Origin: Bacteroidales bacterium
GTDB taxonomy: Bacteria; Bacteroidota; Bacteroidia; Bacteroidales; UBA4181
Reading direction: 5' to 3'
Assembly: GCA_031265445.1 (NCBI GenBank)
Contig: JAISCQ010000196.1
Coordinates: 1,663-65,662 of the forward strand
Length of the DNA stretch: 64,000 bases
Numbering within the stretch: position 1 is the stretch's first letter; the number at the start of each line of letters is the position of its first letter. The notes under the pieces were generated by a model. That model had not been told where the DNA came from. It ran no database searches and saw nothing but the letters and a program-made list of their open reading frames with translations. The translations under genes were made by a program, and so were the position numbers. Positions 52,031-59,851 of this stretch are shown in pieces.

Positions 52031-52220
52031 GACTCCCCCGACGGGGGAAAGTGTGCCCGAGGCCTCGTTGGAACTTTCCCCACGTGGGGAAAGTATGCCC
52101 GAGACCTCGTTGGGACTTTCCCCACGAGGGGAATGTATGCTCGAGGTCTCGTTGGGACTTTCCCCACGAGGGGAAAGTATGCTTGAGGCCTCGTTGGGAC
52201 TTTCCCCCGTCGGGGATAGG
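52031..52220. repeat. Tandem array of 4.5 copies of a 42-bp double-hairpin unit (GGACTTTCCCCACGAGGGGAAAGTATGCYCGAGRCCTCGTTG)
   Basis: Units start at 52031 (degenerate), 52071, 52113, 52155 and 52197. Each contains CTTTCCCC-ACGA-GGGGAAAG and the palindrome CGAGGCCTCG. The array starts immediately after the stop at 52221..52223 of the upstream gene. Confidence 0.9.
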
Positions 52221-54098
52221 TTAATATCTGTTCTTTTCATCTTCTTCCTGTAGGATTGCCGGTTTAATGAAATGTATGTAATACCAGTAGGTATTGCCGA
52301 ATTGCTTTTTCAACTGCTCCATATTGCGTTGACTGCTTTGCGCCGCCTTGAATGCCTGTACATACCGGGCGAAACGTTCGCGCGTTGCCCGGCTGACGGG
52401 ATATTGCGCATAGAATTCATCGCCTGCCCGCATCGAATTATGGTATACGGTCAGCGCTTCCTCGTAATGGGTCGGTATGTCCGGGTAATCAAAATTCCCA
52501 TAAAACCGGTCCATGCACCATTTCACCTGTTCCACATCCTTTTGCAGCATATAATAAGCCATCAGGTATTCGAACGCTAAACGGTGCCCGGGGTTCGACT
52601 GCAAGAGCATCAGCAGCGAACGGTCGGGATACTGATAGTGGATGAAGAAATCGCTGTAGCGGCGAGGTGTTGGGATACCCGGAATATGAAAAGTCGAATC
52701 AGCCATTGCCGACGCGAGATTTGCGCGCTGCCGAGTCGCCCATTTCCGGTAAACAAGGCTACGGTCGAAATACCCGAGGTACTTATGAGCGGCTGCCGAG
52801 TCGCGGCGTTCGATGCTGGTTATTACCAGCCGGCACATGGTCTGTGCGTTCGGCTCCTTCGGGTTTGACACCAATGCCTCGAAAGCGCAGTGTTCCGCTT
52901 CGGGGATCATCCCCAGACGGTAATAAACTTCGCCGAGGCACCACAATGAAAAATAGGTCAGTTGCCTGTCCAAAAATAAACCGGCAACGCCTATCTGCCT
53001 GTATTGGAACATCCGGTAGGGCATCTGCCCCGATTCGGCCAGTGCGATATTGGTGAAATAGCAGGCCAGCCGGTTCCTGGCAGGATAGGCTTTGCCCAGC
53101 GCCATCACCGGTTTCCAGTTGCCGTGCTGCACCTCGCAAGTCATCCGGGCGAGCATCTCTTCCCTGTTGCTGTACGCCGAATGAACGGCGCAGGCAGTCG
53201 CCATAACCGCCAGGATGCAGTTGGGAACAAGAATTTTCCAGGGCGCCAACTCCCATCGTCCCGGTTTGCCTGCAACCAGCCTCCAGATAAGGTATAACGC
53301 CGGCAACGAAAGCCACAGCGCCTTACTGGCGATGGTTGGGAAAAAGAAATCCCACGGCGTCAGTGCAAAATATGCTTCGCGGAGGGGGACTGTATAAATC
53401 GTGCGCCAGGCTACCCGGGGTAACCATACGGACACGGCAATCAACGCCAGCAAATAAAGATATTTGCTCCCGACGCTCCATCTCCTGTTGCCTCGCCGAG
53501 GACAACAGGGTGGGGAGAGAGGCTGGCTTAACTCGAAAATGAACATCAGCGCCGACAGCAGCAGAGCGTTCCCTCCGGCGATCAAATACAGGATAGCGAA
53601 CAGTATCAAGCCTGCAAAATACCTTCCCGGCAAGGAGATTGAAATGTACTGTTTGAACCCGGCCAGTGCAAGCAGAAGTCCCAGCGCCGCCGACATGTTG
53701 AAATGGGCATTCGTAAAAGACCCCAAGAGTAAAACGGCAGGGATGAACGGGATGAAGAACAGCCGTCCGATGTTGCCGCAAGCCCGGCAAACAGAGTAGA
53801 AAAGCAGGCAGGCAGCTGCGGTGGCGCCCGCGATGATCATGGAGCCTGCAACGGGATAGAAATAGAACTGCGTGAGAAACGAACCCAGATAACCGGATAA
53901 GCCGCCGGGCCGACCGAGATATGAGCGGAGATACAACCCGTCGAACCGGAAAAGCTGCATCTGCTCGTGATAGAACAGGATGCAATAACGGTTGCAGCCG
54001 TAGACCCACAGCGCCGCAAACACAGCAAACAGGGCGAGCGTGAAGTATATTACCAGGGAATATAATCGGGGGTTGGACATAAAAATCACATTTTGCAC
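52221..54098 (-). CDS. Large polytopic membrane protein with a C-terminal soluble helical-repeat domain (resembles the Bacteroidetes DUF6057-type family; assignment by recall only)
   Basis: 625-aa ORF. About 10 hydrophobic segments lie in the first 330 aa. The remainder is a soluble, helical, TPR-like region (YRLGMIPEAEHCAFEALVSNPKEPNAQ). Confidence 0.7.
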   Translation of the reverse strand: MQNVIFMSNPRLYSLVIYFTLALFAVFAALWVYGCNRYCILFYHEQMQLFRFDGLYLRSYLGRPGGLSGYLGSFLTQFYFYPVAGSMIIAGATAAACLLFYSVCRACGNIGRLFFIPFIPAVLLLGSFTNAHFNMSAALGLLLALAGFKQYISISLPGRYFAGLILFAILYLIAGGNALLLSALMFIFELSQPLSPPCCPRRGNRRWSVGSKYLYLLALIAVSVWLPRVAWRTIYTVPLREAYFALTPWDFFFPTIASKALWLSLPALYLIWRLVAGKPGRWELAPWKILVPNCILAVMATACAVHSAYSNREEMLARMTCEVQHGNWKPVMALGKAYPARNRLACYFTNIALAESGQMPYRMFQYRQIGVAGLFLDRQLTYFSLWCLGEVYYRLGMIPEAEHCAFEALVSNPKEPNAQTMCRLVITSIERRDSAAAHKYLGYFDRSLVYRKWATRQRANLASAMADSTFHIPGIPTPRRYSDFFIHYQYPDRSLLMLLQSNPGHRLAFEYLMAYYMLQKDVEQVKWCMDRFYGNFDYPDIPTHYEEALTVYHNSMRAGDEFYAQYPVSRATRERFARYVQAFKAAQSSQRNMEQLKKQFGNTYWYYIHFIKPAILQEEDEKNRY

Positions 54099-54272
54099 AA
54101 AATTACAAAAAATAAGGAGTGATCATGCAATCCGCGAAATCAAACTGAGGGCTTCGTGCAAATGGTCGCAGGATTCCGCGTTCGGCGGAAAACCGCCAGG
54201 TAATGTGTAAAAAATAAGATGGCAATTATATATAACAGACATGAAAAGTCGGATTTTCATCATCACAAACGA

Positions 54273-54617
54273 CGTTACAGTAACGACGCGGGCATGGTCA
54301 CAGTAATGACGTGGGCATGGTCACAGTAATGACGTGAGCATGGTCACAGTAATGACGTGGGCATGGTCATAGTAATGACGTGGGCATGGTCATAGTAATG
54401 ACGTGAGCATGGTCATAGTAATGACGTGAGCATGGTCATAGTAATGACGCGGGCATGGTCACAGTAATGACGTGAGCATGGTCACAGTAATAACGTGGGC
54501 ATGGTCATAGTAATGACGTGAGCATGGTCAGAGTAATGACGTGAGCATGGTCATAGTTATGACGTGAGCATGGTCATAGTAATGACGTGAGCATGGTCAC
54601 AGTAATGACGTGAGCAG
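54273..54617. repeat. Tandem array of a 23-bp unit GGTCAYAGTAATGACGTGRGCAT: 14 full copies plus 1 degenerate copy, with no spacers
   Basis: Counted directly. The first full unit starts at 54296 and the period is exactly 23 bp. All frames are interrupted by stops, and the track shows no ORF here. Confidence 0.95.
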
Positions 54618-54677
54618 GGACACAAGCGTCACATTCACAGCCGTCATTCCGACGAAAGTCAGGTTGAACGTGAATCC

Positions 54678-55928
54678 TCAAATGATTTGCGGCAGTTTGA
54701 TCATCACCGTAGTGCCGTTGCCGGGAATACTGCTGATTTCCATTTCGCCGCCATGCCGGCTGACGATACCGTACGAAATAGCTAATCCCAGTCCGGTTCC
54801 GTCCTTTTTGGTGGTATAAAACGGGTTGAATACATTTTCGATATCGTTCTCCGGGATGCCTTTGCCCGTATCGGTGAAGGAGAGCAGCAGGTAACGCGAC
54901 CGATAGTCGCGTGAACGCCCGCCTTCAACTATCAGCGTCAGCCGCTTTTCTGCCGGTCTGTCCATAGCTTCCACAGCATTGAGGATTACATTGAGGAACA
55001 CCTGTTTCAACTGCGCCGGATCGGCTATCACGGTCGTTTTTTTGGTACGGATATCGATATGGACTGTTACCTGCTGCTTTACAATCGTATTCCGGAGCAG
55101 CGTCAGCGATTGACGCAGCAGCTGTACGATATTCACGGCGGCGGTTTCCAGTTCCGATGGCTTGGAGAAGGAAAGCATGCCCTGCACGATTTTATTGATG
55201 CGGTCCACTTCTTCCATCAGTTCGTTCATCATCTCCAGCTTATCGGGTTCTCGAATATCTTTACCCATGTATTGTATGGTACTCCGGATGGCTGTCAACG
55301 GATTGCGGATTTCGTGCGCCGCTCCTGCCGCCAGCTGTCCGAGTATTGCCAGCCGGTCGGCACGGTACATCTTTTTAATCCGGGAACTTTGTTCCTCGTA
55401 CAGCGCCGTGTTCTCGACGGCGAAAGCCGCCTGGTCGAACAGCAGGGTGAACAGGTCGATGTCCTGCTTCGTAAAATCGTGATCATCCGCGCGTCTTCCA
55501 AGAAACACGAGGCCGCTTAGCCGGTTCATCACCTTCAACGGATAGATCAGTTCGATCTCCGCATCGCGGATCAGGTTTTGTTCCTGATCGGAGAAGTAGG
55601 GCATAATGCTTTCCGAACGCGACAGTCGGAATACTGTTTCGTTAACCGATAGCCAGTTGACTAATTTGCTGTGGGGCGTGAATGTGACATTGCAGAACAG
55701 ATCATTATTCTGTTGCTTGTCTCCCACACGAAAATATTGTTCCGTATCGGGATTCTGGAGGAAAAAGACGATCCGCTTCACCGGTGAAATCTGCTTGATC
55801 TTAGCGATTGTATTGGCTATCAGCAATTCTTTATCGGCAATCAGCATCAACGAACGGTTGAATTCCGAAAGCATCGTACGTAAAAACACGCTGTCGGGTA
55901 TCCGGTTTTCTTTTTTCAGCAAAGTCAT
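54678..55928 (-). CDS. Cytoplasmic GAF-domain sensor histidine kinase (no adjacent response regulator)
   Basis: 416 aa: H-box AAHEIRNPLTAIRSTIQYM and HATPase_c boxes (NVILNAVEAM, FTDTGKGIP, GTGLGLAISYGIV). No TM segment. Confidence 0.85.
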   Translation of the reverse strand: MTLLKKENRIPDSVFLRTMLSEFNRSLMLIADKELLIANTIAKIKQISPVKRIVFFLQNPDTEQYFRVGDKQQNNDLFCNVTFTPHSKLVNWLSVNETVFRLSRSESIMPYFSDQEQNLIRDAEIELIYPLKVMNRLSGLVFLGRRADDHDFTKQDIDLFTLLFDQAAFAVENTALYEEQSSRIKKMYRADRLAILGQLAAGAAHEIRNPLTAIRSTIQYMGKDIREPDKLEMMNELMEEVDRINKIVQGMLSFSKPSELETAAVNIVQLLRQSLTLLRNTIVKQQVTVHIDIRTKKTTVIADPAQLKQVFLNVILNAVEAMDRPAEKRLTLIVEGGRSRDYRSRYLLLSFTDTGKGIPENDIENVFNPFYTTKKDGTGLGLAISYGIVSRHGGEMEISSIPGNGTTVMIKLPQII

Positions 55929-56118
55929 GCCGCAAATTTAGTAAAAATGAAGCATCAAAAATAAAATGACGATGGATAAACGGTTCCTTGACGCCAAATA
56001 ACCTGATTCCGGTCAGGCTATTCAAGTCGAAAATGGCAATCTGTCTGTTCTTTCGTCCAGACTCAGTTATAAATTGAAAAAGCCCTGTATTTTCTGTACA
56101 AGGCTTCATTTTTCGTTG

Positions 56119-56193
56119 TGGGAGCAGAGGGATTCGAACCCCCGACCCTCTGCTTGTAAGGCAGACGCTCTGAACCAGCTGAGCTATGCTCCC
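56119..56193 (-). tRNA. tRNA-Val (anticodon TAC)
   Basis: The reverse complement reads GGGAGCA-TA-GCTC...TCTGC-CTTACAA-GCAGA...GGGGG-TTCGAAT-CCCTC-TGCTCCC-A. Confidence 0.9.
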
Positions 56194-56213
56194 CTTTGTT
56201 TCTTTTGAGGGTG

Positions 56214-56244
56214 CAAAGATAGGCGCTTTTTTATTATCCGCAAA
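56214..56244 (-). promoter_or_regulatory. Bacteroidetes-type promoter of tRNA-Val (-33 TTTG, 19-nt spacer, -7 TATCTTTG)
   Basis: The minus strand reads GGATTTGCGGATAATAAAAAAGCGCCTATCTTTGCACCC. The -7 box lies 20 nt upstream of the mature 5' end. Confidence 0.65.
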
Positions 56245-56379
56245 TCCTTTTTGAAAAAAAACAGGAAAAATAATTTATTTTGAATGAGCCGGAAACATTT
56301 TCCAGGTTGTTGTGTTCCTCTATTGCAATAAAGCAGATCACAGGATGTTTGATTTATCAATATTTAAATTGTGCGTGAG

Positions 56380-56775
56380 ATGACAAAAGTAAGAAAAGAG
56401 AAGAAAAAGTTAACCCCTGCAGAGGAGGAAGTCATGCAGGTTTTGTGGAAAATTGAGAAGGGGATTATCAAGGACATTCTCAAAGAGTTTCCAAATCCTA
56501 AACCGGCATACAATACGATTGCTACCGTACTGCGCGTCATGGAGAATAAGGGATTCGTGGCGCATGAGGGAGTTGGGGTTTTTTACCATTTTTATCCGTT
56601 GATCACCAAGCACGCTTATGCCAAATCGCAAGCCAAGAGTTTAATCAAAGCGTATTTTGAGTCGTCGCTGCCAAAGTTAACCGCGGCTTTCGCCAAGGAA
56701 GAGAATTTGTCGCTGGCCGATGTCGAACAGATCAACCAAATTTTTGCCGCCGCCAAAGAAGCTAAAAAGGAGTAG
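56380..56775 (+). CDS. BlaI/MecI/CopY-family transcriptional repressor
   Basis: Winged-helix pattern LTPAEEEVMQVLWK...GIIKDILKEF...AYNTIATVLRVMENKGFV. The start was chosen at ATG 56380. Confidence 0.8.
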   Translation: MTKVRKEKKKLTPAEEEVMQVLWKIEKGIIKDILKEFPNPKPAYNTIATVLRVMENKGFVAHEGVGVFYHFYPLITKHAYAKSQAKSLIKAYFESSLPKLTAAFAKEENLSLADVEQINQIFAAAKEAKKE

Positions 56776-56808
56776 GGTGTTTGTAATTGGTACAAACCAA
56801 AAAGCAAA

Positions 56809-58056
56809 ATGGCCATTTTAGTATATTTGTTGAAAACGACGGCTGTTTTCGTCACGTTGTTTTCATTATATCATATTTTCCTGAAAAACGTCACTTTCCT
56901 GCGGTTAAGACGGTGGTACCTGATCAGTACACTGTTCCTGTCTTTCCTGATCCCCTGGGTGAGTCCGCTGCTTTTGCCGAAATATTACCATTCCGAACCG
57001 GGATCGGTTTTAGCCCGGATCGATGGAGCAGTGCATCGCTTCGCTGTTACGAGTCGGCTAACGGAGTCGTGGGGAAACAGTCTGGCGAATATTCTTGCGA
57101 TTTCGGCGCTGGGAACTGTATTTGTCCTGGTAACCGCCAAGTACGCCTTTATGCTGGGGTCGATGTATCGATTCCTGAAAGAAAGCCGCCTGGTGTCGAA
57201 AAACGAACGATACACGCTCCGTACCGGAAATAAGGGCGAAGGAAGTTTCTGTTTTCTGAAAACGATTTACCTGTATGGCCCTTCGCTGAACGAACAAAAT
57301 CTTCATATGATCCTCGAACATGAAAAAGCGCACATCCGCCAAAAGCATTATATTGATTTGTGGCTTTCGGCGATGTGTGATTATTTCTTTTGGTTTTGCC
57401 CGTTCGCCAAACAATTTCAGGCAGCCTGGGAAGAAGTTCTGGAATGTCTGGCTGACCGCGAAGCCATCCGGACATTGCAAATAGAACCCATTACTTACCA
57501 GTCGGTGTTGTATTCCCACGTAGAATATTCGGGCATGTCGACCACATTCAACAACGGATTCGGGCGGTCGATGATTGCCAGACGGCTGCTGTTTATCTCA
57601 CGAAAACCCGTCAGCATCAGGCGGATCCTGCCGCGTTTATGCTTCAGTTTTGTGGTAGCGGGTATTCTTACCGCAACGCTCGCATTCGTGGATGTCCGGA
57701 TTTTTCAGCTACGGAAAATCAATGAAATACGAAGCGCCGGATACGACCTGCACGAGGTAATCACAGGCTATGTACTCGACAGCGATACGGAAAAACCTGT
57801 TATCGACGCTATTGTCAGGGGAGGCGAGGCTGTTGCTGTTACCGACGGAGACGGATTCTTCTTCATCGAAAAAACATCATCCGGGTTGAGCGTCCAACAC
57901 CTCGCATACAATACGATGTGGGTAAAGGACGAAATCGAGACGGACAATCACGTCATCAAAATGCGGCTGCTTGTGAGAAAGCCGCGACCTGTCGGACTGC
58001 TTGACCCTGTCATGCCTAACGATTCCGACAGGTCTCCGGATTCTTGGGGATCGTGA
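56809..58056 (+). CDS. BlaR1-like M56 peptidase-family membrane sensor with a C-terminal CarboxypepD_reg-like domain
   Basis: 415 aa with TM segments, the motif HMILEHEKAHIRQKHYIDL (HExxH) and a C-terminal ITGYVLDSDTEKPVIDAIVRGGEAVAVTDGDGFFFIE. Confidence 0.8.
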   Translation: MAILVYLLKTTAVFVTLFSLYHIFLKNVTFLRLRRWYLISTLFLSFLIPWVSPLLLPKYYHSEPGSVLARIDGAVHRFAVTSRLTESWGNSLANILAISALGTVFVLVTAKYAFMLGSMYRFLKESRLVSKNERYTLRTGNKGEGSFCFLKTIYLYGPSLNEQNLHMILEHEKAHIRQKHYIDLWLSAMCDYFFWFCPFAKQFQAAWEEVLECLADREAIRTLQIEPITYQSVLYSHVEYSGMSTTFNNGFGRSMIARRLLFISRKPVSIRRILPRLCFSFVVAGILTATLAFVDVRIFQLRKINEIRSAGYDLHEVITGYVLDSDTEKPVIDAIVRGGEAVAVTDGDGFFFIEKTSSGLSVQHLAYNTMWVKDEIETDNHVIKMRLLVRKPRPVGLLDPVMPNDSDRSPDSWGS

Positions 58057-59833
58057 AATTCAGGACGGTTCCCTTTTCCGGGCTGCTTTCGAACCACATG
58101 GTTCCGTTGTTTTCATAAATACATTTCAGACAAATCTCATCGTTATTCTGAAGAGGCATCGCGGCCTTTGGGTTCGCCTGCAATTTCCGGATCAGGGCAA
58201 GGAGGGCGCTGCGAACCTCGTCGGACAGGACATGACTCGGCGAGGCGAGGGAAAACGTTACAAAATCGTCGCCGCTATCGCGGGTCGAAAGGATGATGAC
58301 GGACTTTGGTTCGCTCTTTTGTATCAGCCGGAATAGCATGATTTCAAATGCGATGCTGAAATAGACGCGATTGCCGAAAACACAGACGTCTTCCATGTTA
58401 TTGTGTACCGTAATCCGTTTCGAATAGAAAATTATATCGAGCATACGTACCAGCGCGTCGGTGATTTTCCGGGCTTCGAAGCGCGACGGCTCGCCGGGAC
58501 AGTAAGGTTGCTCGTCCATCCATTTTTTCAGCTGGTCGATAAAATCGCTTGCCTCGTCCATGTTCCGGTTTAGTTTTTGGTAGTCCTCCGGTTTGCCGCC
58601 ATGATGGCGAAGCTGATCCATAAAATAATCCAGCCCTTTCTTGTATTCGAACATGATGATGGAAAGGTGCTGTTTTAACTCCGGACTCGAGCCGAGTTGC
58701 TGCGTTTGTTCGGCGAGTTGCGACAGGAGGAGGTATTTTTTCCGACGCATGATCAGCGAATCGCGAAAATAATAGAGGGTTGCGATTCCGAACAGTATGA
58801 TGAGCGCCAGCAGCAGGTAAAATGTTTTATGTTCCCGGTAATTTGTCGACAGGCGCTCCTGTACATTTTCGTTCAACAGGTTCCACATCAGTAAACCGGT
58901 TAACGACCGCACCCGGTTCGATCCCAGAAGGCTGTCGAGTTGGTTGCTGTATTCCTTGAATGTCCGGAGCGATTCCATCTCGTAACCTTCGGCATGGAAT
59001 ATTTCCGACAATAGCTGCAGGTTCCTGATCGCGGTTAGTCGGTAATGGTCCCTTTTGCATATCGAGTCGCTCAGGGACAGAGCCTGCCTGGCTTTCGGCA
59101 GGTCGCCCCGGAAAAAATACAGCGTCGCTAACTCGTGCTGGTTCAGCGCGCGCATATAACCCAACTGCGGGACGGTGGAAAAGAATGCTTCGGTTTTTAG
59201 CGCGTAAGCCAGCGCCGTCTCCAGATCGCCTTCTTCCCGGGCCATCACGGCGTAGAGGTAATCAACGGTTGCTTGCTGCGAGGCGCTGAGCAGTTTGGGA
59301 TTAATGCGGCGGATTTCGTCGAATACCTGATCATTCTTTGCTCCCGGCTGGGTGGACATCATGCACTTACTGATCACGGCATGGAGGCTGTCTTCGCGAG
59401 AGGAGAGTTCAAAGCTCCTGCGATAGTACGCATCGGCCTGTTCGGGGCTTAGCAGGAGATAGAGGGTGCCCATGATGCGGTAACAATTCGCGCGTCCGTC
59501 TTTGTCGTCGTGCGCTTCAAAGTAGTGCAAAGCGCGCTGTACGTACTCGATGGCGGCGGGATAATCCGATTGCTGCAAAAAGATATACGACAATTTGTAA
59601 CAGCAGTCGGCCAGCAAAGCGTCATCTTCTGTTTTCCTTGCCAGTTGCTCCAACTGGAGATAACATTCTTTCTCCCGGTTGATATAAAGCAACTGCGACA
59701 GTTTCGAGCGGATCATGCGGATACGAACCGTGTCGGGCGCCTCGTTATTCCCGGACGATCGCTCCGCCTGAGCTTCGCCGGAGAGGGCGATCGCCAGCCA
59801 TGCCAAAGAGAAGATATGTCGAAACCTGTTCAC
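58016..59833 (-). CDS. Signal peptide, TPR repeats, one TM segment, and a degenerate histidine-kinase-like (pseudo-kinase) domain, paralog A
   Basis: 605 aa: signal peptide MNRFRHIFSLAWLAIALSGEAQA, a TPR-like region, TM FYLLLALIILFGIATLYYF, a DHp-like HLSIIMFEYKKGLDYF, and a C-terminal GTVLNFTIPK. There are no N/G1/G2 ATP-lid boxes. Confidence 0.7.
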   Translation of the reverse strand: MNRFRHIFSLAWLAIALSGEAQAERSSGNNEAPDTVRIRMIRSKLSQLLYINREKECYLQLEQLARKTEDDALLADCCYKLSYIFLQQSDYPAAIEYVQRALHYFEAHDDKDGRANCYRIMGTLYLLLSPEQADAYYRRSFELSSREDSLHAVISKCMMSTQPGAKNDQVFDEIRRINPKLLSASQQATVDYLYAVMAREEGDLETALAYALKTEAFFSTVPQLGYMRALNQHELATLYFFRGDLPKARQALSLSDSICKRDHYRLTAIRNLQLLSEIFHAEGYEMESLRTFKEYSNQLDSLLGSNRVRSLTGLLMWNLLNENVQERLSTNYREHKTFYLLLALIILFGIATLYYFRDSLIMRRKKYLLLSQLAEQTQQLGSSPELKQHLSIIMFEYKKGLDYFMDQLRHHGGKPEDYQKLNRNMDEASDFIDQLKKWMDEQPYCPGEPSRFEARKITDALVRMLDIIFYSKRITVHNNMEDVCVFGNRVYFSIAFEIMLFRLIQKSEPKSVIILSTRDSGDDFVTFSLASPSHVLSDEVRSALLALIRKLQANPKAAMPLQNNDEICLKCIYENNGTMWFESSPEKGTVLNFTIPKNPETCRNR

Positions 59834-59851
59834 CTGTTCTTCAAGTTTTAT

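Noticed and set aside
52004-52240. An N-terminal SPRGESPNE 14-aa repeat domain on the TolB-like protein, and three overlapping + ORFs (51973..52253)
   Set aside because: The DNA unit is a hairpin repeat that is open in four frames. The same unit occurs in inverted orientation in non-coding context at 11970, and a proper lipoprotein signal starts downstream.
54273-54617. A CRISPR array
   Set aside because: The repeats are contiguous with a 23-bp period and no spacers. No cas genes are present in the window.
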